From the NCBI RefSeq assembly GCF_009914755.1, contig NC_060937.1: DNA of 64,000 nucleotides. One strand, 5' to 3'. The notes beneath the pieces are model-generated. The model did not search any database. It saw only the letters and a program-made list of their open reading frames with translations, and was not told the DNA's origin. Position numbers and translations under genes: made by a program. Within the stretch, counting starts at the first letter, position 1. The number at the start of each line of letters is the position of its first letter. The stretch comes from the human T2T-CHM13v2.0 reference genome, Homo sapiens. Below, in pieces: positions 1-13,895 of this stretch.

Positions 1-589
1 CTGTGAATGGCATTTATGTAGTTATGTAAAATATAAATAGCACCGAATAGTGATCCACCCAAGTTACAATACACAATATTGGAATGAGAGAGGGGATGGG
101 AAATCTGCTCATTTTTTAGTTGTGGGAAGTCAGTATATAATGCCTAACACTAAAAATTTTTAAAGTAGTAAGATAAGCATATTACTTAAAGCAATGTTTC
201 TTGAATTTCATCATACATCGGAATCAACCGGAGGGCTTGTTAAACCACCAGTTGTTCTGCCCCATCCTTCTGCTCCAGCCACACAGAACGTCTCTCACTT
301 CCCTGCAGTGTCTAATTCCCTTGTGATGTTGGACTTTTGCATGTGTCACTACAGTAATTGGGATGTTCTTCCCTCAGCCTTCACCAGGATGAGCTCACAT
401 TCATCCTTCAAGTATCAGCCTAGATATGGCTGACTCTGAAGAGCCTTTCCTGACCTCGCGATCCTTCTGGGGTCCCTCTTCTACCTGTACTTCCCCTGGC
501 CCAGCACTGGTCACCCATCTTCTAGCAGACTGTAAGGTGAAGAGAGCAGAGACTATGCAGGGAATACTCAAAGGCTCTGTGGCTGCCCA

Positions 590-1072
590 GCACCTTTGGA
601 ACACCCTTCTTGTGTTTGGGGAATTTTCCGTCTCATCTGTGAAAGTCAGAAATTTATTTCCCAGCCTCCCTTACAGCCAGAACTCAGACATGTGATCCAG
701 GCTCCACCAATCACAGGCATCCATGCCAGACCTCAGTGAAGAGAAAGATGCCATATGAAAGTCATTGTGTGAGGGCAGGAAATCAAGCTTTTAGAAGAGC
801 AGGAACAGAGGCCCTGGCAGAGGGGTCCCTGCCTGGGACAGTAGTGTGAGCCAGAGCCCACACCCTGCTGCAGGGGCAATAAGGGCTCTTTTGGAGCATT
901 CCAGAACTATTTTCTGCATAATGTTCTTGGCTGTGTAGTCACTTACCCTCACTCTCTGGCTGTGGGGGAAATTTCCTGAGCTACTTAATATCCTTCGATA
1001 AATGCCATCTCTAATAAGCTAGCAAGAGTGGGTTTCTTTCTCTTTTTTTAACTAAGAACCAGGCCAAGATAG
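590..1072 (+). mobile_element. ERVL-type LTR (LTR33-like), boundaries approximate
   Basis: TTCCCAGCCTCCCTTACAGC...CATGTGATCCAGGCTCCACCAATCA core and a typical 3' end (AAGCTAGCAAGAGTGGG...AACTAAGAACC). Confidence 0.55.
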
Positions 1073-1799
1073 AGAGTAACTGTCTTGCTTTGAGTTTTAT
1101 CCTCAGTGCCTAGCAAATCTTGGGCATGCAATAGATACTCAGTACATGTTTAATGATACAGATGAATGAAGTAAAGAATATTTGATGACCTCTGACTTCC
1201 CTGAGGGAAGGAGTGTGAGGCCACAGTAGGCGCTTCTCATCCTGCCCCTTCCCAATGAGGAACCACACATCTAGGTTTGTATCCAGGCCTTATAACCCCA
1301 CACCCAAATGCAGGCAAAGGAAAGATGCCCCCTTGATCCATGGAGGATCCCGTTCTGAAGATCACGATCACCTCTTTAACACCAGGGAAGGGTGAGTCAT
1401 ACGGGTGAATTCTCCCTCTCACGGTTGCAGGTGGGTAGGAGCACACTTCAACACTTGTTTTCCTATTTTTATGCCCACTGCGAACTCCTCCAGCCAGAAG
1501 CGCTGGTTTTGCTCGTGTTTTATGGCTGCGCTGTCTGTGCCTGCCTCCCTCCTCCTCCACAATTTGAAATGAGCTCTTAAGTAATATAAAACAATGCTTC
1601 GTGACAGCCTGACTGGGGTTGGATTGCTAGGGGCGGTCACTGCACACTGAGCTGCACATTTGCAGAACTCAGAGCTGGTTGCTTAGCAACAAAATGAGAT
1701 GCTGGATTAACTAGTTCTAGACCCACATTTCCCTAACCAATGCGGCTTTAACCCTTTGCTGCAGAGCAAAGACCCCAGCAAAGCCTTGAGAACAGAACA

Positions 1800-2020
1800 G
1801 TTGCTCATGTTGGTTGAGAGCTTACTCTGCTTTAAGCACTGTTCTAATGCTGTGCATCACATTATATCTCAATTAATCCTCACAACAACCCAGTGAAGTG
1901 GTGCTAGTATTAGCTTTGGTTACAAATGAGAAACCTGAGGCATAGGGAGCCCAAGGTCACACAACCAGTAAAAGGTGGAATGGGGATTTGGACCCAGGCT
2001 GTTTGGCTCCAGAACTCATT
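1800..2020. mobile_element. MIR SINE
   Basis: TTAATCCTCACAACAACCC...ACAAATGAGAAACCTGAGGC...CCCAAGGTCACACA core. Confidence 0.75.
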
Positions 2021-4627
2021 TTTTTTTTCAACCAAGTTAAAATGCTTCATTCAACAGCCACTTTCATATGCCTTTCCCTTAAAGCAGCTAAAGTAGGAAG
2101 CTCACCAATGGACATACCTGCTTCTTTAGCAGCGTGCAAAGTGAAGGAGTTTAACACGCTACTTACACTGCAAATGCTCACATCCACAGATGACCTGGTT
2201 TTGATGCCAAGGCCTTTACCACACATGACACATGACCAAGAAGATATTCTGATGACAGTTCCTTGGAATTCTACCCACCTACCCCTCTCCAGACCCACTG
2301 GAGGGTCAACCAGACTCTGACTTGGCCCAGGGGTTATTTCTTCACCTGGTTTGGGGTGATGAGAGGTTGCAGCTGTGCAATGGGCACAGAACTGGGAAGA
2401 AAAGAACCTCCTTGCAGGCGCTGCTGATCAGGGCATGACCGCAAGCCCACATACAGCCTCCTGGTCAGGCTCAGCTCCCACTTGCCTGTACAAAACCACC
2501 CAGACATACCTTACTGAAGGCCTCCAGGTATGAGACCTGTGGGAGACAGCTGTCTTTTCCTCCCTAGCCACAAAGATCAGTGCAAACCCCAACTCCAAAA
2601 CCAAAGCCCTTTACTTCTCCCCTGCTCTTCCTCCCTTCTGGGTCTTCACCCAAGGCAATTCTCTCCTAGCTACTTTTCCCTCTCTGCCTCTGGTCTGCTA
2701 GGTTTCCTAGAGCGGATCTCTTTTTCTAAGTTGGAGCTTCACTGACCGGCTCCTTTTCATCCTCAGCCCTGTGCCCTCCCTCCAGTTTGTTCTTTGCAGC
2801 TCTCCTGGGGGTGTTCCCCCCCAAAAAAGGAACAAATGTCACTGGAGGGTAACCAGGAACCATTTATCAGTGCATTGGCCTCTTGGCTTCTGGAACATCT
2901 TCCACAAACTCCCCGGACTCCACCATGACCTCTTTCCAAATTATGTTCTCTTTTAATAGCTCCTGTTGGATTTTCCTTTGAAGTGTGGTCAACAGACCAC
3001 TATATGGCCCCTGGTGGTCTGTCTATTAAAAGATCTTCAGGCAGGGAATTCAGGGTGTCATGAAATCATTTCATTAGCACATATTTCACCAGTTTGAAAA
3101 GAAGCTTAACTGTGGGTACAGAAATCCTGTTAGGTTCTTAATAATCATTACCTATGCACAGATTCACACATCTACAGAGATTGTTCTGTGCCTTGGTTAA
3201 TACTCAGTTAACTTCACATCATTTGCATTTAGGATATTATTCACTTTTGTTAAATTTGTACACTCTGATTTTATTATTATGTTGTCTTATATCCTCATGA
3301 TTCTAAAATGGAATCATTGAAGGGAGATGATGTTTTTGGGAGCAATGGGTGGTGAGCAAGCAGGTAATAGAGGGTCTGGAAAATCAATTTTTGGTGTGTA
3401 AATTTGTAATTAGGTATTGGGAAACCATTAAAGGTCTTTGTTTGCTCACTTGTTTTTGCATGTGAACATGTATTTTGCTGTTTATAACCCCAACTATCTT
3501 ATAGGAGGTGAGATTCCATTAAACAGACAATCCTTTGTTTGAAGAGTACTTTGTTGGGTTTGAGGTGCAAGCTGGAGAGCAGGATGGTGAGAGGTGGATT
3601 TCTCTGGAAATCTGGAAACTAGCAGGAAAAATCTGGGACCTCCAGTCAGCAATAACTCCAGAATTTCTACACTGCATGAAACTGAAGATTTGGTTAGAAG
3701 GGAGACCCAAAGCTAAAGCCCCTTCTTCCAGCCAAAACTTGACACTCACCAGTGTTCCTAGGAGTGGCCTGAGAGGCAAGGATTGAGAACCAGAGATAGA
3801 AAACAAGTAGCTTGGCAAGATGCACACAGCTCTGTCCAACCTGCACAATGTGACCCCCTCTGAAGGCCTCTTCCCATCCCAACTTATCATTTAAATGCTG
3901 TGTAACTAAACACTTCAGAAGATTAAATGTGATAACATAGGTAAAATGCCAAGCACACAGAAGTCCCTCAATAAATGTCTACTTCCTGCCTTTTCTCCCC
4001 ATGTCATATGCTACATTACACTAGAAGACAGGGCAGAGGTTCTGCCTTGTCCATCTCTGTACCTTCAGCTCCTTGCACAGAGCCTGGCTTACGTAGGTGC
4101 TCAATGAATGTTTGTGTGCTTGAGAGAATGGGCCATAATTTACTAAGTGATTCTACTAAGCTATGTATTAATAATTGAACATTGTGCTTGTTTTAAAATT
4201 TGCTTCATTATAAATATCACTACAATGAATATATTTGTCCCAATTTTGGATTGTTTCTTTAGTTAAGGCTCAAGAAAGTAGAAACAGCAAACCAAGAGGT
4301 AAATTTCTCCAAATTATTTCCTGATGTGTCTAAATTGACAATTCTACCAGAGCTTTCAGCATTTTTCTTACCAATTTGTATGAAGTATTTAGACAATGAA
4401 GATATTAACTCCTGTCTTATTTGCTGCAAATTCTTTTCCCACTCTTGTTGTACTTGTTGTACTACTTAAGTACCGATGTATGATTTTATTTCAGTTATAC
4501 TGTGGTCACTTTAAAATTTTAAGAAACTTAAAATTGTAATTTTTTTCTGGAAAATTTATACTTAGGCCTCTCCCATATATAAGTGGGATAAATAGTCATT
4601 GCTATTTTCTTTTGTTGTACCCCTCCT

Positions 4628-5319
4628 TGTATTAGTTTGTTTTCATGCTGCTATGAAGAAATACGTGAGACTGGATAATTTATAAATTGCGGTTCCGCGG
4701 GGCTGAAGAGTTCCACAGGGCTGAGAAGGCCTCAGGAAACTTACAATCATGGCAGAAGAGGGAGCAAGCATGTCCTTCACATGGCGGCAGGGAGAAGTGC
4801 CAAGCAAAGTGGGGGAAACGCCCCTTATAAAACCATCAGATCTCAGCTGGGCACGGTGGCTCACACCTGTAATCCCAGCACTTTGGGAGGCCGAGGCGGG
4901 AGGATCATGAGGTAAGGAGATAGAGACCACCCTGGCTAACATGGTGAAACCCTGTCTCTACTAAAAATACAAAAAATTAGCCAGGCGCCGTGGCAGGCAC
5001 CTGTAGTCTCAGGTACTCAGGAGGCTGAGGCAGAAGAATCACTTGAACCCGAGAGGCGGAGGTTGCGGTGAGCCGAGATCATGCCACTGTGCTCCAGCCT
5101 GGGTGACAGAGCGAGACTCTGTCAAAAAACAAAACAAAACAAAACAAAAACCATCAGATCTCAAGAGAATTCACTCACCATCACAAGAACAGCATGGGGG
5201 GGAATGCCCCCATGATCTAATTACCTCCCATGAGGTCCCTCCCCCAGCACCTGGGGATTACAATTCAGATTACAATTCAAGATGAGATTTGGGTGGGAAC
5301 ACAGAGCCAGACCATATCA
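4628..5319 (-). mobile_element. THE1/MST-family MaLR LTR interrupted by an Alu
   Basis: TGTATTAGTTTGTTTTCATGCTGCT start, AACTTACAATCATGGCAGAAG internal motif, ...GAGATTTGGGTGGG...ACCATATCA end. Confidence 0.85.
4846..5146 (+). mobile_element. Full-length Alu (Sc-like)
   Basis: Dimeric Alu with a (CAAAA)n tail and a perfect 17-bp TSD AAAACCATCAGATCTCA (4829-4845 and 5147-5163). Confidence 0.97.
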
Positions 5320-7492
5320 CCTCTCCAATAGCTTATTTTTTAAGTAAGTAACTCTCGAATGTATTTGGAATTAAATTGGTATTTGATATATGGAGAAAGG
5401 TAAGGGCCAGAGAGATTTTTCTACACTGCTAATGAGGAATTTCCTTACAGCGTATTAAATGACTCTTCCCTTCACTATATGAAGGCTCTTTTGTTACATA
5501 TTAAATTTATATGTAATATATTTGTATTTCTTGTTCCTATTTAATGTTTTGTTGCATGTGTTAGAATTTCCAAAAGGACATAATAAAAAGATGGTAACAT
5601 TGGGCTTCATGGTTTTGCTCTCAGTTCTCATGACAGGTTGATTTGTATTTACACAGAGATTCTGGTAATTTAAGGCCCAGCAGAGCCTCCCTTAGGAGAT
5701 ACTGTGCACGAGAAAAGCCACAGCCCTGGGCCCCACAGATCACAAATAAACAGACAAAGATTTTTGAGCTTTGTAACCACTTTGGTCAATGGGAACGTAA
5801 GCAGAACTGGGCCTCTTGACAATGTATGTCTCCTTTTCCTCTAGGCTGAGAAACAGAGAAAGCCAGTCTGCAGGAGGAAAAAAAGAACAAAACACACTTG
5901 CAGAGATAGCGAGGTGAGAGCCCAGCACAGGGACTTCCTGTGCTCTTTACAGCATGCCAGTTTCTGGTCCCTGACCTCCTAAGCCCAGGTTCTTCTATGA
6001 CATAATCCAGTACCCATATAAGACTTTCGCATTTTCTTATGTTAGCTCATGTTCCTTTTTCTTGAAAGCGAAAAAGTCTCAAGTAACAGTAACTCAAGGG
6101 ATTGGATGAGCTGTCTACTGCCACGACTCACCATCACTCACAGAAGTAATCCATCAAACTCAAGGCTGAGAACATTGCAGATGACTTTAAGGGGTTTCCT
6201 GTGTCATCCAAACCCATCTACAGAGAATGTAACAATTAAAAATTTGTACAATTCAGAGGAAGATTTGGAATAGGGGTTGAAGTTAAGATGAGTGGTCGCT
6301 ATATAAAGGCAAATGAAAAACGTGTCCTTTACCTTCTCACACACACCCGCCCAACATACACATGACCCTTCCACTTCCACCAGAAATTTCAGATCACCTG
6401 TTTTGTGCCAGGCACCAAGCATACAACGGTGACTTGCAAATGGGCATCGTCCTCAAAGACTTTAAAATACAGTGGGAGGATAAGACTTAATTTCAACAGA
6501 ATGTGGCAGGTGCTCAAAGAGAGGTTTGCACAGGGTGGTTAGGAATGTGGAGAAAGGTCATTTAGTCCAACAAGAGGGTCCAGGAAGGGCTTTCTAGAGA
6601 ATAAAAGGAGAGAAGGAATCAAACAGGGAGTCGAGTCATTATGGATGCCTCAAGTTGATACCCTGGTTGACAGCAAAAAGAGTCAGATGCTCCAAATATT
6701 CTCTTGTAACAACCAGAATTCATTGTTCTTCCCTTTAACATGCCATGGGGCTGAAGGGTGGAATAGTTGGGGGTGGGAGGGGTCGTCAACGAAACTGTAG
6801 ATTTTCTGTTTTTAAGCTCAAATTTGATTTGAGAACATTAGTAATAGAACATGCATGGGTAACAAATGATAGAGTCTAGTTTTGATGGGTGCTTATTTTT
6901 GGAAAGTAGTAGGTGGCTGCAGTAATTTTGAAGTTTCTAGATTGTTGACTTTCAAATTCAATTCCTTTCACCAAAAAAAAAAAAAAAAAGTAAGGACTCT
7001 AAGCTAAGCTGTGAACAAAGAAAGACTGAGGATCTATTGAAATACTTGAAGAGAACCTGTATAATTATGAGTCTCCACCCTGAGGCATGGGCCTGTAGTA
7101 TTAAAGTATTTGGAAATTAGAATCAGTTATTTTTAAAAACCTGATTGGGAAAACCAAGAAGGTAAGTAAATGATGAAACATACAGGGAATTTTTTTTTAG
7201 TCACACTGTTTGTTGTACAAAGTTAAATGACAGAACAATACAAAGGAAAAAGTCAGTCGGTCCCCACACTACCTTCCCACCCGTAGAAATTACACTCTGG
7301 TAAAATAAAATTTAAAAAATGACAAAATAAACATATGCTAATGACTAAAAGGAAAAATCTAGAAGTTGAAATTCTTCAAGACTATTTTTTTCCATTGGGG
7401 CCACATTTTTGAATGTGGGCAGCAGGCCCCACCGTCCCATGGGTGCCACAAGAAAACCACAGATCTTGGTCAGCAGCATCTAACTGCCAGCT

Positions 7493-7657
7493 ATGGAGGG
7501 GGTGAGGGATAAAAGACTACAAATTGGGTTCAGTGTATACTGCTCGGGTGATGAGTGCACCAAAATCTCACAAATCCCCACTACAGAACTTACACATGTA
7601 ACCAAATATCACCTGTTCCCCCAAAAACCTATGGAAATAAAAAGTGTAATAAATAAA
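7493..7657 (+). mobile_element. L1 (L1PB-like) 3'-end fragment
   Basis: GAGGGATAAAAGACTACA...CTGCTCGGGTGATG...ACCAAAATCTCACAAATC...GAAATAAAAA. Confidence 0.8.
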
Positions 7658-8231
7658 TTCCAGCCAAGGTCCTGGAGAATGTTGGGAAGAGGTGACTGAA
7701 GTGATCATGGCCTACACTGAAAAGTCAGGTGAACTGCCATTGCATAGCCAGAGTAAAAAGAGGCTGAAGGATAAGCCAGTAACAATCACCAAGTATTCTG
7801 GGTGTGGCCGAACAACTGAATAACACTGAAGGAAAGGTGTGGAGGCAGCAGTAAGCAGGGATTTAGGTCACACATGCTGAGGCTCTTACTGTGATGGTTG
7901 TTCTCTTCTGGAAAGGAGGTAAAATCTCTTCTCTGGGGCTGTAGGAACAGGGTAAATTGTCATTCACCAGGGATAGTTCTAATATTAACAGCCTGAAAGG
8001 TTACAGATGACATGGATGGTGTGCCTTGAAAGTTTATTATATTATAATAACTCTTTTAAAAAAATCAGATAATGAGAAATGAAGGAAGGACTAGAAAGGC
8101 GGCAGGAGGAATGGAAGAATTTGAAATCAACCTATCTGATGGAAAATAGAGGAAGTAGGAGGAGTAAAAGCTTCAAGGGCTGGACAGAAGTGGGGAGGGG
8201 TGTTAGTGAACACAAAGCTCTAAAAAACAGC

Positions 8232-8591
8232 TGCTGTGGTCTGAATGTATGTGAGCTCACAAAACTCATAGGTTGAAATCCTAATTCCCAAGGTAATCTT
8301 AGCAGGAAGTGGGGTCTTTAGGAGGTGACTGGGTCATGAGGATGGAGCCCTCATGAATGGAATTAGTGCCCTTATTAAGGAGGCCCCAGAGAGCTGCCCT
8401 CCCACCATGTGAGGGGGCAGCAAGAAGACACCACCTATGAGCCAGGAAATGAGCTCTCACCAGACACCAAATCTACCAATGCTTTGAACTTGGATTTCCC
8501 AGGCTCCAGAACTGTGAGAAATAAATTTCTGTTACTTATAAGCTGCTGAGGTTATGGTATTCCATTACAGCACCCCAAAAGAACTAAAACA
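8232..8591 (+). mobile_element. MaLR LTR (MSTD/MLT1A-like)
   Basis: TGCTGTGGTCTGAATG start; CCCTCATGAATGGAATTAGTGCCCTTAT; CTCCAGAACTGTGAGAAATAAATTTCTG; ...ACTAAAACA end. Confidence 0.85.
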
Positions 8592-9407
8592 GTAGGAGTG
8601 CAAGAGAGAAAGAGGACATGAGGTGTTGGTAAGGGTTGTGTGGTGTTTAAGAGTGGATTAGCATTTAATCTATTTTCTATGGTGTGAGACTAAAGAATTT
8701 AAAGACAACGATAAAGAAAAATTTATTTAAAACAATTTCATTTACGAAATTGTGTTTCTTTGAATGTGACATTGTTTTAGGACTGAACCACGTATGTCTA
8801 TGATCTTGTTGGGATTGCATAAATTAGCCACTCATTTATTCATCAAAACCTCATTCAATGTCTAATATGTGCCAAGCACAGTCCCTGAGATTCTATGATG
8901 TCATTTAGTTACCCTAGCTGTTTTCAATAATTAATATATACATTGTTAACTGTGCTTAATGACATTTTGGAATTGGACTGTTGGGTCTTTATATTGCTGA
9001 GACTCCTACTTCCTACTGAAAGAAAAGCTGTATATGTTATCCCCAGGTATAAGCTTGTTTATTGTCTGATCTTAAATAGAATACTGAAGCAGTAGTATCC
9101 CAAATAATTTTCCTTAACCAGCATCTAACCTTGGTTTTGTAAATTAGCGTCCTAAGAATTAAAAACCAGACAGGTAGAAATACCAAAGCGTGGTCACAAT
9201 ATCTCATAATCTAGTTACTTCTTCAAATGAACCAACAGTTATAAAAGTGTTGAAGGGACACAAGGGTGGCATGGGGGGTGAGGACAATTGCCATCAGAAC
9301 CATGAAAAACCTGCCAAGAATATATTAAAGTGGCTTCAGAAATGGTGAAACCTAAGTGATGGTTCTATCTACTCTGTAAAAGTGTAAATATTACAAACTT
9401 TTCATTA

Positions 9408-9492
9408 AAAAATAAAAAATAAATATAATAAAAATAAATAACAAATAAAAAATATAAAATAAAATAAATAAAATAAAGGCCAAAAAAATAAA
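9408..9492. repeat. A-rich low-complexity tract (AAAAT-like)
   Basis: Visible directly in the sequence. Confidence 0.85.
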
Positions 9493-9500
9493 CACAGTTG

Positions 9501-10461
9501 TGTTACAGGATTCCTTGGAGTGCTGCTTTGCCAGCCAGAAATGTCTGCAGCTGCCATGACCTCCGCCCAGGGCCTTGCTCAGGCCCACCAGGTTTGCTCC
9601 ACCCACTCCACCCAGCAGGCTGCACTAGGCTGGTGCCCTGGCCTGGTTCCTGTGCCCACCATGCCCCCAGGCTCAGCCTGTGGCTGGACTGGGTGTGCCA
9701 CGAGTGGCTTCCTTGTTGGGCGCCACTGTCTAGACGAACACAGTAGCACCTGAAAACTTGGAGATGCCAGCAACCGTGGAGCCCCAAGGGGTGTTACAGC
9801 TCTTGCCCAGGGAGTCCTGAGGTCTAAGCTCCCAAGAAATGTTGGAGCATTTGTAGTTCAGCAAGCCAGCCAGGAGGGAACGGTGCCCAGTGGATTCTCT
9901 TCTTCACACCTGCAGCTTGGCAAATGGGGGCATGTTACAGCTCTCTTGTTCTCAACTGCCCCCAGCTCAGTGAACAGGGGTATGTTACAGCTTTTTTCCC
10001 ACTCACCATTCAGCAGGTTTCAGGTTCTTGTCCTGTGACCAAACGAATGAGGTACGTGAGCATCGAAGAGTGAGCAAGACAGAGAAGAATTTTCTTGGGC
10101 AACAGAAAAGCTCTTGACCCAAGAAGGGGCCTGAAGTGGGCAGCCCTCAGCTGTGAGAGGGGGCCCTAAAGTGGATGGCCGTCTGTGAGGCTGAGTCTGG
10201 GGTTTTTATGGGCTTAGAAGGGGGAGTGCATGCTGATTGGTCCATGGGTGAGCTTTGGAAAAAGCACCATTCAATTGGTTAAAAGGCATCATCCAGAAAG
10301 AATCAATAGAGACAGAGAGGGTAAGACAGGGACTCTAGTTGTGGACTCTATCTGGGCCCGGCAGCTCGGTTTTCAGGCTTTAAACTGTCTTTGGTTTGAA
10401 GTTCAGGTTTCACCAGGGACTCATCCCTGTCTGCCCAGGAATTTGTCTCCTGTTGCTACTG
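9501..10461 (-). mobile_element. MER52-family (MER52C-like) ERV1 LTR
   Basis: Begins TGTTACAGGATTCCTT on the + strand and ends ...CCCTGTCTGCCCAGGAATTTGTCTCCTG. Internal GGG(C/T)ATGTTACAGCT repeats. 4-bp TSD GTTG (9497-9500 and 10462-10465). Confidence 0.8.
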
Positions 10462-11194
10462 GTTGAAAACACAACTAATGATGACACTTGAATTGTGCCT
10501 ACACCTGGCTTGTGTTTGCCAAGTGCACTTGTGAGTTCTCCTCCATCCATGTAAAGCTCTGCTTCCCTTGATACATCCATTCCTTTGTCGTTTTATATTC
10601 CAGCTTTCATCCATTCTGCTCTTTCCCTTTGTAACTAAAATACTTTAAAAAGATGTCAAAGTAAAAGTCTGTGTTGCCCTTTTAGGTTGGAAGAGTGAGG
10701 GAAACACTGGCAACGTGGAGGGACTAGGTTTTCAATTACCATCAATAAGTGATACCAACTACTTAATCACTATCATTTATTGACCAGTGTTCATGTAGCA
10801 TCAATAAAGAGGTAGAGAATGATGCACCCTCAGGCCAGAATTCTATAATAGTTAAGGTTTGCTTCTAGAAAAGGCTATCCTCCCACATCCCTAACATTTC
10901 CACAGTAAATAAGGAAATGACCCATACCTGTATTTGACAACATGCAGGATTCGGGGTTGATCTTACATTTTCCACAGATGGGGAGCCTAGAAAGTGAAAA
11001 TTGGTTGTGGCAATGTTGACTTGGGTTTGAGATTGTTTCTGTCTCCTATTCACTGTGACTTTATTTAGATGTCCCAGGCTTTGCTCTCTCCTTTGCAAAT
11101 ATTATATTTCATAGGGTTAGTTTGATAACAACATGAACAAATATGTGAAATGAATAGTTGATAGCCCTAAAGCAGTGTACTAATGTATGGTGTG

Positions 11195-11690
11195 GACTAT
11201 GGTACAGCCTGACAATTAAAATGTTGGAGACTGGAAGCAGATCAACTTGTGTTTGACTCCTGACCCCTCCACCTGACTTGGTCATGTATGCTGACATTGG
11301 TACATGACCTCAGTAGTGTATGGTGAGGTCCTCTGACATTGGAGTCAGACTTCCCAAGTTTGAACCCTGACTCTTCCCCTCGCTAGCTGTGAGAGCTTGA
11401 AAATTTTCTCTGCATTCCTTAATTTCATCATCTATAACAAGGAACTTAAAATGGAGCCTACCCCAAAAGGCTCTGATGAGGATTAGCTGAGCTGATACAT
11501 GTAAAGCACTTAGGACATCACCTGGAACACAGTAAATGCTTGGTTATGATGATGATTAAACTCTCCAAGTCTCTGTCTCCCTGTTTGTAAAATGAGGAAG
11601 TTATAGCTAGTCCATAGGGCTGGTGTAGGATTAAATGAAACAGTGTTTTACCACCTACACAACGGTCTCAGGCACAGAAGATGCTTTCGG
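11195..11690. mobile_element. Cluster of MIR fragments
   Basis: GGAGTCAGAC...TTTGAACCCTGACTCT; CATCTATAACAAGG...GAGGATTA...GTAAAGCACTTAG; CTGTTTGTAAAATGAGG...GGATTAAATGA. Confidence 0.7.
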
Positions 11691-11932
11691 GGTCCAAGTG
11701 GTTGGTGCCATGATTTGTATGCCAGTCAAAGTCAGTCATGGTAATTCTATCGTCTGGCCACTAAGCTTAGAAGTGAGCACCTGACCCATTTCTGTCCAAT
11801 AAGATGTGAAGTTCAGTCTACTAGGGGTATCCATGAACACTTTTGTCTCTCTTGAAAGAGACCAACAGGAAAACACTCATTTGTGTCTGGATGTGACACT
11901 TATTCCTTTTCACTCAATTTTCATATATAGCA

Positions 11933-12285
11933 TGTATTAATCCGTTCTCACAATGCTATGAAAGAATACCTGAGACTGGGCAATTTATAAATAAAAGAGG
12001 TTTAATTGACTCACAGTTCCGCATGGCTGGGGAGGCCTCAGGAAATTTACAATCATGGTGGAAGGCACCTCTTCATAGGACAGTAGGAGAGAGAATGAGT
12101 GCCAGCAGGGGAAATGCCAGACACTTAAAAAGCCACCAGATCTTGTGAGAACTCACTCACTATCACAAGAAGAGCATGGGGTAAACTGCCCCCATGATTC
12201 AATTACCTACCACCGGATCCCTCCCACAACATGTGGGGATTATCAGGATTATAATTCAAGATGAGATTTGAATTTAACCATATCA
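11933..12285 (-). mobile_element. THE1 (THE1D-like) LTR
   Basis: TGTATTAATCCGTTCTCAC...GAGGTTTAATTGACTCACAGTTCC...ACCATATCA, with a near-TSD TAGCA/CAGCA. Confidence 0.88.
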
Positions 12286-13004
12286 CAGCATAACAGCAAA
12301 TAAATGGGCATGTATAAAATTTGCAGCTGCCAATACATTACAGTAGAATAAAATCTCTGTAGAACAAAAAGACTTGTAAAGAAGCCAGGCTCTGGGCTGG
12401 CTTTACTATTTGTACAGAAGCAAGTTTCCCCTCCTAGGCACTTCCCTTTGTATATAGACAGTCAGACTCTGGTCTTGTGGAATTGAATGTCTTAGACACA
12501 TGACCACATTACCAAACCACAGGATCCCAGATTTCAGTCTCTGTCCCATCTGAAATCACGCCAAACAAATAAATGCCCAATGAGAGCAAAGAATTTCTAA
12601 AAATATAGCGAGGGCCATATACAAAGCTTGCCAGCCTTATGCTCCAAACAAAAACTTTGAGGTCATGATGTTTCCTGGATCACTCAAAACTCCATAAAGG
12701 AAGAAGCTTGTAATCTTCAGAAGGCTTTCTTCCATGTTCAGCTTCCCCGCCTGGTACCTAGACCTTCCATCACACCCATCATTCTCCTTTATTTGTGTAC
12801 GAATTTTACCCTCAAGGTAATGGTTTGGGAAGGTGGTGTAGAGATCTCAAGAGAGAAGAGACTAAGATTAATGCAGATGACAAGCATCCAAATGACTGCA
12901 GACTCTGGAAAAAACAAAGAGGTGCTGAAGGAGAAGTTGGGATTAAAAAGCCAGCAGGTGGAGGACTTTGGTTTTAGTTTTAAATAGCTGTCAAGTTATT
13001 AAAC

Positions 13005-13258
13005 AATAATATTCACATTTGTTGAACAGTTAGTACCTGCCAGGCAATCTTCTAAATGCCACACATATAGTAACTCACTTAATCTTCAAAATACCCTGTG
13101 AGGAATGAACTTATATTATTCCCATTTTAAAGATGAGAAAAGTAAGACACAGAGCCGTCAAGTGACTTACTCAAAGTCACAAAGCTAGTAAAGGGCAGCA
13201 CTAGGATTTGAAACCAGGCAGTCTATCTCTAGAACCAATGCTCTTAACCTCTCCACTG
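13005..13258. mobile_element. MIR SINE
   Basis: TATTATTCCCATTTTAAAGATGAGAAAAGTAAG...AAGTCACAAAGCTAGTAA...GGATTTGAAACCAGGCAGTCT. Confidence 0.8.
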
Positions 13259-13399
13259 TTGGTGTCTTAAATAAAGATTATTATCTTTTTCTATAGATAA
13301 AACATTTTCTGAATTTTTTACATCATTCTTACTTCAAGTTATACTTACTACAACATAATCCATTACAAGCAAAGATTTGGGGCAGTATCTTGGAGCTGT

Positions 13400-13895
13400 C
13401 ATGATTCCATCTTAGTAAGTTCCCAATTACAGGAAATTTCCGGCTGGTAAATAATTAAGTAGTGAAAACTAAAACCAAATATATTTTGGTCCCTGTGCTA
13501 AACAATGCTGAGACCAAGTCAAATAACTTAGTCGCTCCAGAAAGTACTTGTTTCTGAATGATAAGACTGCAAACCAACTAAAATAGTTAACTTCTGAAGA
13601 CTTAGCTGACTCCTCAAAACTAACTTGAAGATCTTTACCTTACCGTGCTCACCAGTCCATAACTGTTATATCAGAAATTCTACCCAATCCCAATCAGTTC
13701 TCCGCTTGCAAGACCCACCTTAAAATTACCCAGCCTAGGATCTAAAACGCTATAAAGGTCTTCTCCTTATTTTCCTCTTTTGAGCCGCTACTAAGTCCCT
13801 ACAAGGCAGTGTGCTCTCCACTGCGGTAAGTCTCATAAACTTAGCTTTGCTTGGTGTAAAGGTTTGCCTGGTGGTCTTATGGGGGAGTTGATAGT
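13400..13895 (+). mobile_element. Probable old ERV1-class LTR (subfamily not determined)
   Basis: LTR-like layout: CCAAT at ~13685, TATAAA at ~13751, a degenerate poly(A) signal near 13835 and a U5-like GGTGGTCTT end. Confidence 0.4.

Noticed and set aside
2992-3022. Hairpin ACAGACCAC...GTGGTCTGT
   Set aside because: The stem is only 9 bp, too short for a pre-miRNA, and it probably lies in a decayed hAT-type MITE.
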